A program made the translations under genes and the position numbers. Below the pieces are notes generated by a model. The model was not told where the DNA came from, did not search any database, and saw only the letters and a list, made by a program, of their open reading frames with translations. A stretch of 64,000 bases of DNA from Bacillota bacterium (GTDB taxonomy: Bacteria > Bacillota > Halanaerobiia > B1SED10-174): assembly GCA_007122335.1 (NCBI GenBank), contig SKTZ01000029.1:5593-69592 (forward strand), read 5' to 3'. The first letter of the stretch is position 1; every line of letters starts with the position of its first letter. Shown piece by piece: positions 25,018 to 34,604 of this stretch.

Positions 25018-25782
25018 TTAAAGGTCTTTAATATTGTCAAGGACTTCCACCGCCTTTTTATAACCAAGTTCGATCAATTCCCGGGTTTTATTTAAATCCC
25101 ACATCCCTACTTCCTGGAGATCAGGCACTATTAGATATTTTGCCAGGCTGGCGTCCTCAGTTTCCCGATAGCGGTTGACCATGTACAGACTCTGGTAGAT
25201 AACCTCAAAAATATTCCGGGGGGATCTTTCCGGACTGCGGTGGGCATTTACATCAACCGCCAGAACGGTTTCCACCCTGCGTTCAAAAAGGGGAATGGTG
25301 GGGATGTTATGCAGGACTCCGCCATCAACGAGTGTTTTATTATTTCGCTGCACGGGAAAAAAGATTCCAGGAATGGCACAACTCCCCCTGATGGCACTCA
25401 TCAAATCGCCTTCTTCAATAAAGAGAGGGCAGTGATTTTCCAGGTCAACAGCAATAACAATAAGGGGAATTTTAAGATCCGCAAAGATTTTTCCGCTCAG
25501 ATAATCACCCAGCATTCGGTCCAAAAACTCGATATCAATTAATCCCAGGCGGGGGAATCTTATCCGGGAATAACGGAAAATTTTCCGCCAGTTCATATTC
25601 AGGGCAATTTCCTCCATTTCGCCGGGAGAATAACCTGCACAGTAAAGCCCTCCAACTATGCTTCCGGCACTTGTTCCGGCGATAATGTCCGGTTTAATTT
25701 TTCTTTTTTCCAGGTACTTAAGTACGCCAATGTGGGCAATTCCCCGGGCTGCCCCCCCACTTAAAGCCAGACCCAGTTGCAT
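25018..25782 (-). CDS. Patatin-like phospholipase
   Basis: GGAARGIAHIGVLKYL (oxyanion GGxRG), GTSAGSIVG (GxSxG) and DGGVLHNIP (DGG). Confidence 0.9.
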   Translation of the reverse strand: MQLGLALSGGAARGIAHIGVLKYLEKRKIKPDIIAGTSAGSIVGGLYCAGYSPGEMEEIALNMNWRKIFRYSRIRFPRLGLIDIEFLDRMLGDYLSGKIFADLKIPLIVIAVDLENHCPLFIEEGDLMSAIRGSCAIPGIFFPVQRNNKTLVDGGVLHNIPTIPLFERRVETVLAVDVNAHRSPERSPRNIFEVIYQSLYMVNRYRETEDASLAKYLIVPDLQEVGMWDLNKTRELIELGYKKAVEVLDNIKDL

Positions 25783-25946
25783 GGTCTTTACCTCCTTTCT
25801 TGATACTATTTTGTTTTATCTTAAGAAAATCCTTTTCCAGGTTAGCAAAAACCCCGGGCTTTCCTTTGCAGGGTTATTTCTTCAAGACCAAAATATGTTA
25901 TAATATACTGGAAAAAATGTGAATTAGTAAAAGGAGGTTTCTCTTT

Positions 25947-26615
25947 TTGCAGCAAGAACTTTATCAGGAAAGTAAAAGATATGCCTTAAAGAGATTACAG
26001 GAAGAGGCAGATTATATTAAAAGCCGGGGCCTTTCGACGGTGTTTCATTACCGGAAAGAACACACCCTTACCGTTGTAGGTTTGGCCAGAAAAATTGCGG
26101 AAAAGACGGGGGCGGATATGTTAACCTGCGAAGTGGGAGCATGGTTTCATGACCTGGGAAAATGTTACGACTCCCGGCTTTCCCCTGAAGATAATCGGAA
26201 GCGACAAAAGAATCACGGCTTATATGGAGCCGAAGAAGCCAGGGAATTCCTCTCCCAAAAAAAAGCCGATCCTGATTTTATTGAAGAAGTTTATATTGCA
26301 ATAAAGGAACATGTTGGTCTGACCAGAAAAGAAAATAAACCCATGACTCCCCTTTCAGCCGCAGTAATCTGGGATGCTGATAAATTGAGCAAAATTGGCT
26401 GGAGTGCGTGGCTTCATTTTCTTGCCTATACCTGCAATAGAGAGAGAGAAGAGCAGAGTCTCCTGGAGCTGTTACATCGGGATGGGTTGGAAACCATGGA
26501 AATGATTTTTAGAAATTTAAATACGGAAATCGCCAAAAAGATGGCAGAAAAAAGGCTTGAAAATTATCAAAAAAACCTTTTGCATATGGAAGGCGTTTTA
26601 CGTGGGGAAATATAA
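25947..26615 (+). CDS. HD-domain protein
   Basis: HTLTVVGLARKIA...AWFHDLGK...HGLYGAEEA...IKEHVG...WDADKL. TTG start with AAGGAGG RBS. An extended -10 (TGTTATAAT, 25896-25904) lies upstream. Confidence 0.75.
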   Translation: MQQELYQESKRYALKRLQEEADYIKSRGLSTVFHYRKEHTLTVVGLARKIAEKTGADMLTCEVGAWFHDLGKCYDSRLSPEDNRKRQKNHGLYGAEEAREFLSQKKADPDFIEEVYIAIKEHVGLTRKENKPMTPLSAAVIWDADKLSKIGWSAWLHFLAYTCNREREEQSLLELLHRDGLETMEMIFRNLNTEIAKKMAEKRLENYQKNLLHMEGVLRGEI

Positions 26616-26636
26616 AGAAGAAGAAGGAGGTCTGAA

Positions 26637-26915
26637 ATGTTTTTGAATATAACCTCTCTTGAACTTTTTATGATGCTGGCAATTATTCTGGCTGGCGGAC
26701 TGCTTTTGGTATTTGTTTATCAGGCTTACAAGGGCCGGGGTCGGGGTGAAGAATTACTGCCTATTGGTATAGTTTTGCTATCGGCTGTAGTTATTATTGA
26801 TAAGCTTTTTTTCTCCCAACGGGATTTTTTGGACTGGATGACGATAATTGTTTTTGTTATAGGAGCTATTGCTGGAATAAAGATGATTTTAAAACCAAAA
26901 GAAAGGAGGAATTGA
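26637..26915 (+). CDS. Small three-TM membrane protein (hypothetical)
   Basis: GGAGG RBS, hydrophobic helices, and a stop 1 nt before the next start. Confidence 0.45.
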   Translation: MFLNITSLELFMMLAIILAGGLLLVFVYQAYKGRGRGEELLPIGIVLLSAVVIIDKLFFSQRDFLDWMTIIVFVIGAIAGIKMILKPKERRN

Positions 26916-26916
26916 A

Positions 26917-27894
26917 ATGCCAGCTAACCTTACTCCCCAGTATTATGAAGCAGAAAAGGCATATAAGCAGGCCAAAACCGTAGAAGAGAAAATTTCCGCT
27001 CTGCAGGAAATGTTAGCCGTTATTCCCAAACACAAGGGGACCGAAAAGCTGCAGGGGCAGTTAAAAAAGAAATTGTCTAAACTGCGGGAGGAAGGAGAGA
27101 AGAAGAGTAAATCCACTTCCACATATAACCCCTATCGAATAGATAAAGAAGGGGCAGGACAGATAATCCTTATTGGATTGCCCAATGTGGGAAAATCATC
27201 TGTCCTTGGAGCTCTAAGCAATGCCAGGGTAAATATCGCCGAATTTCCTTTTTCCACTGGCATCCCTCTTGCAGGGATGGTTCCCTATGAAGACGTAAAA
27301 ATCCAGGTAATTGATACCCCCCCTCTTGTTGTTGAAGATGTTCCAGGAGAAATGGTCGGGGCTGTCCAGAGAGCGGAAGCAGTGGTTATTGTAATCAATG
27401 CCGGGTCAGGAGAAGCCCTGGACCAGCTGAGTTCAACGGTTGATTTTCTTGAGGAAAAAAGATTGGTCCGAGAAGAAATCCCCGAAGGGGTAAAAGCATT
27501 TCGCCGGGAGGACCTGCTGGTTATCGCCAATAAAATTGATCTGCCAGGGGCCCAGGAAAACCTGGGAATAATAGACGAGCTTTATCCCGATTTAAGGATT
27601 TTGCCCATTTCTGTTAAAACAGGGAAAGGTTTAGAAGAAGTTCCCCGTGTTTTTTTTGAAATGCTTGATGTAATCAGGATCTACAGCAAGGTACCCGGAA
27701 AAGACCCTGATATGGAGGCGCCTTTCGTCCTCCGGCGGGGTGGCACTGTTTTGGAATTTGCTCAGGAAGTGCACAAGGATCTCGCCGATGGACTGGAAAA
27801 AGCCCGAATTTGGGGTTCCGCCAAATTTGATGGTCAACCGGTTCCCCGGGACCATGTCCTTGCTGATAAGGATATAGTTGAACTGCATACTTAA
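26917..27894 (+). CDS. DRG/Rbg-like OBG-superfamily GTPase with C-terminal TGS domain
   Basis: The N-terminal helical region (QEMLAVIPKHKGTEKLQGQLKKKLSKLREE) resembles DRG. G1 is GLPNVGKSS, G3 is DTPPL and NKID is G4. The C-terminal TGS-like region reads LRRGGTVLEFAQEVHKDL...ARIWGS....GQPV..DHVL.D.DIVEL. Confidence 0.75.
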   Translation: MPANLTPQYYEAEKAYKQAKTVEEKISALQEMLAVIPKHKGTEKLQGQLKKKLSKLREEGEKKSKSTSTYNPYRIDKEGAGQIILIGLPNVGKSSVLGALSNARVNIAEFPFSTGIPLAGMVPYEDVKIQVIDTPPLVVEDVPGEMVGAVQRAEAVVIVINAGSGEALDQLSSTVDFLEEKRLVREEIPEGVKAFRREDLLVIANKIDLPGAQENLGIIDELYPDLRILPISVKTGKGLEEVPRVFFEMLDVIRIYSKVPGKDPDMEAPFVLRRGGTVLEFAQEVHKDLADGLEKARIWGSAKFDGQPVPRDHVLADKDIVELHT

Positions 27895-27925
27895 CCATTG
27901 TGGAGATTAAAGAGGGGGAGTTTTT

Positions 27926-29323
27926 ATGTTAAGAACATTAAAAAAAATTGTTCATGGCCAGGATGAACACCTGGAAATCAGATATCATAAAAGATTTTCT
28001 ACAGTTATCCAGTTCAAAAATGGAATATTAAAAAAAGGCGAGAGAAAAACCCTTGCAGGTGTGGGTATCAGGGCCCTCGTTGATGGCTGCTGGGGTTTTG
28101 TCTCCACCTCTGATACTGATGAAGATAGTTTGCGGAAGGCTGCAGAGGAAGCTGTAAAAGCGGCCCGGGAAGCAGCAAATTTAAAAAAAGAAAAAATTAA
28201 GGGGCTTGGCGAAGGAGATGCCGGGCAGGGGAAGTTTTACCTTTATCAAAAAGACGAACAGGAACCGGAATTTGGGGAGAAAGTTGTTTCCCTGCAAAAA
28301 GCTGACGGTAAGATCCGGGATGCAGGAGAAGATATAATTGGGTCGATGGTTAATTATCACGTTTTCCAGGATACCAAGGTAATTGTGACTTCCAGTGGTG
28401 CAGAAGCAGAGATTTTTGATCAAAAAAGTGAAATAGGTATTGTTGCTTTTGGTGCTCAGGACGGAAAACAGGAAATGGCGGTAGTTTCTCACGGGGTTAC
28501 AGGAGGCTGGAAAGATCTTTTTGCGAGGGAAGCCCTGGATAAAATGACGGAGCGAGTAGTTGAAATTGTAAGGACAAAACTAAAAGCAGGTTATGCCCGG
28601 GGTGGTGATTATACCGTTATCCTGGATCCTCGTCTTGTAGGGGTCCTGGCTCATGAAGCCATTGGGCACACGGTTGAGGCGGATTTTGTGCTATCCGGTT
28701 CAGTTGTTGCAGATAAAATCGGGGAAAAAGTTGCCAGCGACCTGATTACCCTCATTGATGACGGGACTGAAAAAGGAGTCGGCAAGGTCATTGTTGACGA
28801 TGAGGGGACTGTTTCCAGGCCAACAGTGATAATCGAAAATGGTGTATTGAAAAATTATCTGCACAGTCGAGAAACAGCTCATATGTTTGCCACAGAACCC
28901 AGGGGAAATGCCCGGGCTTATACCTATCGGGATGAGCCTTTGATCCGGATGACCAATACTTTTATTAAACCAGGAAAAGATAAACTGGAGGATATGATTA
29001 AGGGAATTGATGATGGTTTTTTACTGGTTGGAATGGATCAGGGGGGCCAGGCGGATGCAACTGGAGAATTTATGTTTGGAGTGCAGGAAGGATACAGGAT
29101 AAAAAATGGAGAGATAAAAGAACCAGTTAAAGGGATCAATATTTCCGGTCAGGCTTTCGAAGTTCTGAAAAGTGCAGACGCCCTGAGCAGTGAATTTAAA
29201 CTGGATCTGGGGGCGGGTTACTGCGGGAAAATGCAGCCTGCCAAAGCCGATGCCGGAGGACCATATCTTCGCTGCCGGGTAAAAATTGGGGGGCAGAAGG
29301 GAGAGGAGGAACAAGATGAGTAA
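27926..29323 (+). CDS. tldD: TldD-family metalloprotease
   Basis: HEAIGHTVEAD (HExxxH), DDGT and GNARA motifs. 465 aa. Confidence 0.9.
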   Translation: MLRTLKKIVHGQDEHLEIRYHKRFSTVIQFKNGILKKGERKTLAGVGIRALVDGCWGFVSTSDTDEDSLRKAAEEAVKAAREAANLKKEKIKGLGEGDAGQGKFYLYQKDEQEPEFGEKVVSLQKADGKIRDAGEDIIGSMVNYHVFQDTKVIVTSSGAEAEIFDQKSEIGIVAFGAQDGKQEMAVVSHGVTGGWKDLFAREALDKMTERVVEIVRTKLKAGYARGGDYTVILDPRLVGVLAHEAIGHTVEADFVLSGSVVADKIGEKVASDLITLIDDGTEKGVGKVIVDDEGTVSRPTVIIENGVLKNYLHSRETAHMFATEPRGNARAYTYRDEPLIRMTNTFIKPGKDKLEDMIKGIDDGFLLVGMDQGGQADATGEFMFGVQEGYRIKNGEIKEPVKGINISGQAFEVLKSADALSSEFKLDLGAGYCGKMQPAKADAGGPYLRCRVKIGGQKGEEEQDE

Positions 29324-30650
29324 TCGGGACATTTACCTTGAAGCCCTGGAATTTGGGAAAAAAACCGGTGCAGATCATGTAGAGGTGTTTTTTAACAAGA
29401 GCAAAACCCTGGAAGTAGTAATTGAAAAAAACGATTTACAGGTTCCCAAAGGGGATAAATACCAGGGGATAGGTGTCAGGATATTTAAAAATGGGAAAAT
29501 CGGGTTTGCCTCTACCAACCTCTTAACCACGGAGTCAATCCAGGAAACAGTTCGATCTGCCCTTGATCTTGCGGAAAATTCTCCTGCCGACCCCGATCAG
29601 GGACTCCCTGAACCCATGCCCTTAAAAGAGGTCGAGGGAATATTTGACCCGAGGGGAGAAAGTGTTGTCCTGGCTGATCTGATAAATAAAGGGAATGAAT
29701 TCATGGAACAAACCAGGGGGACAGATAGCAGGGTAACAATTGATACAGCTTCTTTTAAAGCGGAAATTATTGAAAGAGCGATTGTAAATACCCGGGGGAT
29801 ACAGGCCGAAGAAAAGAAAACCAAATTTGAAAGTGTGGCCATGGGTTTTGCCCGGGACGGAGAAGATGTTTCCTCTTTCGATTTAGAATATTTGGTTACT
29901 CCCGAGTGGGAAAAATTAAAAACCGGAGAAATTGGAGAACGATTGAGGAAAAAAGTTGTGGGGAACCTTGGTGCGGAAACCATTCCTGGATTTAAGGGTA
30001 GTGTAATATTGTCCCCATTTGCAGCGGTTATGCTTCTTTTTTCTCCCATTGTTTTTGGGGTTAATGCAGATAATGTGCAGAATGGAATTTCTCCCTGGAG
30101 GGAGAAGATGGGCCAAAAAGTTTCTTCCGAATTTCTCTCCATTGAAGATGATGGATCCCTGCCGGGGGAAATTGGATCGAAGATGTTTGACCGGGAGGGG
30201 ATCTCTCCTCAGCGCTTGGAGGTAATAAGCAATGGGAAATTGAACGCCTGGCTTCACAACTACTATACTGCTTCCAAAGCGGGAGAAAAACCAACAGGAC
30301 ATGCTTCCGGCGGAGACCAGTCTCTTCCTGGTATTGGTCCCAATAATTTTATAATCAAACCCGGCCAGGAAAGTTTGGATGAAATAATTAACTCAATTGA
30401 CCGGGGTTTAATTGTTACAAGGTATTCCGGCGGTTCTGATCCGGTGAGTGGCGATTTTTCAGGGGTGGTAAAAGGTGGTTATTTAATCGAAAAAGGAAAA
30501 GACCTTAAACCGGTTAAAGAAGTAATGATTGCAGGAAACGTTTATAAGCTTCTTCATCAGCTGCTGGCTTTATCCAATGAAACTCAGAGGGTTATGAACT
30601 TCAATTCTCCTTATGTTGCGATTGAAGGAGTATCGGTAACCGGGAAATAA
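29316..30650 (+). CDS. pmbA: PmbA/TldE-family protein (TldD partner)
   Basis: Family-typical length and C-terminal SGDFSGVVKGGYLIEKG. The ATG overlaps the tldD stop by 8 nt. Confidence 0.85.
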   Translation: MSNRDIYLEALEFGKKTGADHVEVFFNKSKTLEVVIEKNDLQVPKGDKYQGIGVRIFKNGKIGFASTNLLTTESIQETVRSALDLAENSPADPDQGLPEPMPLKEVEGIFDPRGESVVLADLINKGNEFMEQTRGTDSRVTIDTASFKAEIIERAIVNTRGIQAEEKKTKFESVAMGFARDGEDVSSFDLEYLVTPEWEKLKTGEIGERLRKKVVGNLGAETIPGFKGSVILSPFAAVMLLFSPIVFGVNADNVQNGISPWREKMGQKVSSEFLSIEDDGSLPGEIGSKMFDREGISPQRLEVISNGKLNAWLHNYYTASKAGEKPTGHASGGDQSLPGIGPNNFIIKPGQESLDEIINSIDRGLIVTRYSGGSDPVSGDFSGVVKGGYLIEKGKDLKPVKEVMIAGNVYKLLHQLLALSNETQRVMNFNSPYVAIEGVSVTGK

Positions 30651-30658
30651 GCTGAAAT

Positions 30659-30686
30659 AGGCCCTTTAAACAGGGCCTGTTTTTTT
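30659..30686 (+). terminator. Rho-independent terminator
   Basis: AGGCCCT-TTAAAC-AGGGCCT followed by GTTTTTTT. Confidence 0.85.
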
Positions 30687-30808
30687 GCAACACATGTTGC
30701 AGAGTTTATTAGTGAAAGGAAAAGAAAATGGTTATTAATAAGGTGTAATCTTAATAAATAGGGGAAAGAGTGCTATGTGTCTGCTAAATTTGAATAAACA
30801 GCTAAAAT

Positions 30809-30837
30809 TTGCAATCGAAAAATAATGTTGCTATACT
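30809..30837 (+). promoter_or_regulatory. Sigma-A promoter of the osmoprotectant ABC operon
   Basis: TTGCAA, 17-nt spacer, TATACT. Confidence 0.5.
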
Positions 30838-30888
30838 AAAGAAGTCTAAAAATAAAAAGGAAATGAATAGAAAAAGGAGGTAAACCTC

Positions 30889-31572
30889 TTGGAGTTTTTG
30901 CGAGAAATTTTGTGGCAGGTTGCCCCAATTCGCTATTTTTTTGAAAATATCTCTAGAATTATTACTTACACACAAAACCATCTTGAATTAACAATGGTTG
31001 GGGTTATCCTGGCAATTATTCTCTGGGTAAGTGTGGGAATAATTATTTACCGGTATCCTAAATTGAGCCATGGGGTTTTAGGAATTGCCAGTATTGTTAT
31101 GTGTATTCCCAGTATTGCCCTTTACGGAATTCTCCTTACCCTTCCGGGTTTTGGCCTGGGCCGAACCAGTGCTTTAACCGCCCTGGTTCTCTATGCAATG
31201 CTACCTATTGTCCGGAATGTTTTTGTCGCCCTGCGCAGTGTAGATCCATCTATACTGGATGCGGCAAAAGGAATGGGGATGTCCAAACAGGAGGTTCTCT
31301 GGGAAGTGCAGATTCCCAATGCTCTCCCAACTATTTTCGCCGGGGTGCGGGTAGCACTTGTTATGATGGTTGGTATTGCTACTCTGGCCACATATATTGG
31401 GGAGCAAAATTTAGGCCGTTTAATTCAACACGGGATTACCAGAACCCATCCAACAATGATCATTGTAGGAGCGGTTGTAGTTTCAATAATTGCTATTGGG
31501 ATTGACCTTTTAATGGGGCTTTTAGGAAAACATTTAATTTCCAAAGGACTCCAACTTGAAGAGAGTAAATAG
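30889..31572 (+). CDS. Glycine betaine/choline/carnitine-type ABC transporter permease (OpuCB/OpuBB-like)
   Basis: BPD-transporter EAA-like loop DAAKGMGMSKQEVLWEVQIPNALP. TTG start after AAAAGGAGG. Confidence 0.85.
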   Translation: MEFLREILWQVAPIRYFFENISRIITYTQNHLELTMVGVILAIILWVSVGIIIYRYPKLSHGVLGIASIVMCIPSIALYGILLTLPGFGLGRTSALTALVLYAMLPIVRNVFVALRSVDPSILDAAKGMGMSKQEVLWEVQIPNALPTIFAGVRVALVMMVGIATLATYIGEQNLGRLIQHGITRTHPTMIIVGAVVVSIIAIGIDLLMGLLGKHLISKGLQLEESK

Positions 31573-31590
31573 AGGGGGGACCAGACAAAT

Positions 31591-32715
31591 ATGATCCGGT
31601 TAGAGGGAATTGGAAAAGAATTCGGAGATTTTACAGCGGTAAAGGAGCTTTCCCTGGAAATTCCGGAAGGAAAAACCTGTGTAATGGTTGGCCCTTCGGG
31701 ATGCGGGAAAACCACAACTATGCGTATGGTTAACCGCTTGATTGAGCCCACTCGCGGGACAGTGTATATTGATGAACAGGACTATAAAAAGAAAAAGGTG
31801 GAAATTCTACGCCGGGATATCGGTTATGTAATCCAGGAAGTGGGTCTCTTCCCCCACAGAACTATTGCAGAAAATATTTCCACAACACCAAAACTTGCGG
31901 GCTGGGATGATAAAAAAATCAAAAAACGGGTAGATGAACTACTGGAGATAGTGGAGCTGAACCCGGAGGAAAATCGGAATAAGTTTCCCCGACAACTCAG
32001 TGGTGGACAGCGTCAGCGCGTGGGCCTGGCCCGGGCAATGGCTGCTGACCCTCCGGTAATGCTTATGGATGAGCCCTTTGCCGCAGTTGATCCGATTACT
32101 AGGGAAAATCTGCAGAATATGTTCCTTCGTTTACAGCGGAAAATGAAAAAAACAATAATTTTTGTAACTCACGACATCAACGAAGCAATAAAAATGGGAG
32201 ATCAGATAGCGATTTTAAAAGAAGGCGAACTTGTCCAGGCCGATACTCCAGAAGAGCTGCTTGCTAATCCCAAAAATCAGTTTGTTACTGATTTTATCGG
32301 TGTGGATAGGGCGATTAAGATTCTGGACCTGTTTTCAACTGATGAGGTAATGTGGACTGAAGCTCCGGTTATTTCCAAAAAAAATATGCAAGAAGAAGCC
32401 CAGAAACTTATTGAAAAGGGAGAAAAAGGCATTCCGGTAATAGTTGAGGACGAGCAGGGAAACAAATTCTGGTTTGATCTTGATGAACTGGAAAGCGGAC
32501 AGTCCCTGGAAGAAATTATACGTCCCCTTGAAATAACTCTTGAACCTACAAATTCAATTAAGCTTGCCATGGCCAGAATGCTGGAGCACAACAATGATGC
32601 AGTTTTAATCATTGGAGATGATGATGAAGAACCCGGAATTTTAACCCTAAAAGGGATCCGCAACTATGTTTACAGAATTTGTGCTTCTGACCCCGGTGAA
32701 AAGGTGGAGATTTAA
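31591..32715 (+). CDS. Osmoprotectant ABC transporter ATP-binding protein with C-terminal CBS-like regulatory domain (OpuCA/ProV-like)
   Basis: Walker A GPSGCGKTT, signature LSGGQRQRV and Walker B LMDEPF, plus a C-terminal extension of about 130 aa. Confidence 0.9.
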   Translation: MIRLEGIGKEFGDFTAVKELSLEIPEGKTCVMVGPSGCGKTTTMRMVNRLIEPTRGTVYIDEQDYKKKKVEILRRDIGYVIQEVGLFPHRTIAENISTTPKLAGWDDKKIKKRVDELLEIVELNPEENRNKFPRQLSGGQRQRVGLARAMAADPPVMLMDEPFAAVDPITRENLQNMFLRLQRKMKKTIIFVTHDINEAIKMGDQIAILKEGELVQADTPEELLANPKNQFVTDFIGVDRAIKILDLFSTDEVMWTEAPVISKKNMQEEAQKLIEKGEKGIPVIVEDEQGNKFWFDLDELESGQSLEEIIRPLEITLEPTNSIKLAMARMLEHNNDAVLIIGDDDEEPGILTLKGIRNYVYRICASDPGEKVEI

Positions 32716-32718
32716 ACC

Positions 32719-33396
32719 ATGAGTATTACAATTGCTAACTTTTTTAGTAATTTTGCTGAGATCTATGGTCCGATTTTTTCGGAACGAATTCCTCCCCTTT
32801 TAATTCAGCATATTCAACTGGTTTTTCTGGCCACGGGAATTGCAATTTTAATTGGGGTTCCTCTGGGTATTTTCCTAACCCGACCTGCGCTGCGCAAACA
32901 CAGCCAGAAGGTTCTTAATTTTGTTAACATAGGGCAGGCAGTCCCGGGTTTGGCCCTGATCGCGATATTCCTGCCTATTCTGGGGATAGGTTATATTCCT
33001 GCTGTTGTTGCACTGGTTATTTACGGACTCCTGCCAATTGTTCGTAATACAATAGCCGGGCTTGAAGCAGTAGATGATAAAGTTAAAGAAGCCGCCCGGG
33101 GAATGGGGATGTATAATAACCAGGTTTTATGGCAAATTGAATTTCCCCTTGCTTTCCCTGTTATTATGGCTGGAATAAAAACTTCTGCGGTAATAACCGT
33201 TGGAACTGCAACCCTGGCTGCCCTGATCGGGGGAGGCGGATTGGGAAGATTGATTTTTACTGGGATCTCCCTTTTCCGCCCTGAATTTATTCTTGCCGGT
33301 TCAGGTACTGCTGCTGTTTTGGCCATAATAATGGAAAAAGGCTTGAGTTTTTTTGAAAGGGTGGTGGTAAAAGAGCGAATGCCGCTGGACTTCTAA
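32719..33396 (+). CDS. Osmoprotectant ABC transporter permease (OpuCD/OpuBD-like)
   Basis: Paralog of 30889..31572 with EAARGMGMYNNQVLWQIEFPLAFP. Confidence 0.85.
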   Translation: MSITIANFFSNFAEIYGPIFSERIPPLLIQHIQLVFLATGIAILIGVPLGIFLTRPALRKHSQKVLNFVNIGQAVPGLALIAIFLPILGIGYIPAVVALVIYGLLPIVRNTIAGLEAVDDKVKEAARGMGMYNNQVLWQIEFPLAFPVIMAGIKTSAVITVGTATLAALIGGGGLGRLIFTGISLFRPEFILAGSGTAAVLAIIMEKGLSFFERVVVKERMPLDF

Positions 33397-33447
33397 AAGA
33401 AGTGCTAACCAGGCAATTAGTTCCAAAAAAATGAGGAGGTTTGATTC

Positions 33448-34359
33448 TTGAATAAAAAAGTTTTAATTGGAGTAGTTGCAATTCTGGTGTTACTTGGTTT
33501 ATTTATGGTTTTTTCTCCAGAGGACGATCCTGCAATCACCGTAGCTTCTAAGATGTGGACTGAACAGTTTATTCTAGGAGAGATCTTATACCAGTACCTT
33601 GAAGCTGAAGGATATCCCGTTGAAGACCAGATTGGTTTGGGTGAGACAGATATTTTGCGCCCTGCCATTGAGACGGGTGAAATAGATGTTTACTGGGAGT
33701 ATACAGGAACCGTCCTGGTAACAGTTATGGGTGAAGAAGAAATTAGTGAGTCAGAAAAAGCATATCAAATGGTAAGGGACTGGGATATTGAAGAGAATAA
33801 TCTGGTCTGGCTGGATTATGCTCCGGCCAATAATACCTATACACTCATGGTCAGGGAAGAATGGGCAGATGAAAGAGGAATTGCAACTATTTCCGAACTG
33901 GGGGATTACATGGAAGAGAATCCGGATGAACGAATTCGCCTGGCCTTAAACGAAGATTTCTGGGAGCGCCCCGATGGAATTCCAGGGCTACAGGAACTTT
34001 ATGGCTTTGAATTTGATGGTGCCCAGGCAAGGTTTATGGCGATTGGTTTGACTTACGGGGCTTTGAATGAGGAAGAAGCAGAAGTAGCGATGGGATTTGC
34101 AACAGATGGCCGGATCCCTGCCTTTAATTTCCTCCTGCTTGAAGATGACAAGAGCTTTTTCCCGGCATACAATGTAACCCCGGTAATTCGGGCTGAGATT
34201 CTGGAAACCTATGATGGCCTGGAAGAAGCGATTAATCGTATCTCTCCCAGGCTTGATATGGAAACTTTAATGCGACTGAATATGCTGGTAGATGTAGAAG
34301 GGCAGGAGCCGGAAGATGTTGCAAGAGACTGGTTGCAGGAAGAGGGATTAATTGATTAA
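33448..34359 (+). CDS. Glycine betaine/compatible-solute binding protein (OpuBC/OpuCC-like), membrane-anchored and very acidic
   Basis: N-terminal TM anchor, then SKMWTEQFILGEI...IDVYWEYTGT (aromatic-box-like residues). It is the last gene of the ABC operon. Confidence 0.8.
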   Translation: MNKKVLIGVVAILVLLGLFMVFSPEDDPAITVASKMWTEQFILGEILYQYLEAEGYPVEDQIGLGETDILRPAIETGEIDVYWEYTGTVLVTVMGEEEISESEKAYQMVRDWDIEENNLVWLDYAPANNTYTLMVREEWADERGIATISELGDYMEENPDERIRLALNEDFWERPDGIPGLQELYGFEFDGAQARFMAIGLTYGALNEEEAEVAMGFATDGRIPAFNFLLLEDDKSFFPAYNVTPVIRAEILETYDGLEEAINRISPRLDMETLMRLNMLVDVEGQEPEDVARDWLQEEGLID

Positions 34360-34378
34360 AGAATAAGGGTAGCCTGAA

Positions 34379-34416
34379 AGGCCGGAAGAAATTTCTTCCG
34401 GCCTTGTTTACTTTTC
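34379..34416 (+). terminator. Rho-independent terminator
   Basis: AAGGCCGGAAGAA-ATT-TCTTCCGGCCTT followed by a T-rich tail. Confidence 0.8.
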
Positions 34417-34489
34417 GAAGAGTAAGATGTTAAATCTATTTTGAAGAAAAAACTGAAAATTTCGAATAAAAATTTCGGAAGGAAAATTA

Positions 34490-34518
34490 TTGACAGGGGG
34501 TCAGGGGTGTGGCATAAT
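34490..34518 (+). promoter_or_regulatory. Sigma-A promoter
   Basis: TTGACA, 17-nt spacer, CATAAT, about 85 nt upstream of ATG 34605. Confidence 0.5.
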
Positions 34519-34604
34519 TATATTGTGAAAAAAAGAACGAAGTAAAGAAAATATTTTTTTACTAAGTTTCGTGAAAAAAAACACAAGAGAATGGGGGGGT
34601 ATTC

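Noticed and set aside
29597-30302. Minus-strand ORFs 29597..30142 (181 aa) and 29916..30302 (128 aa), and plus-strand 30019..30225, within pmbA.
   Set aside because: Shadow or alternative-frame ORFs inside a full-length PmbA/TldE gene.
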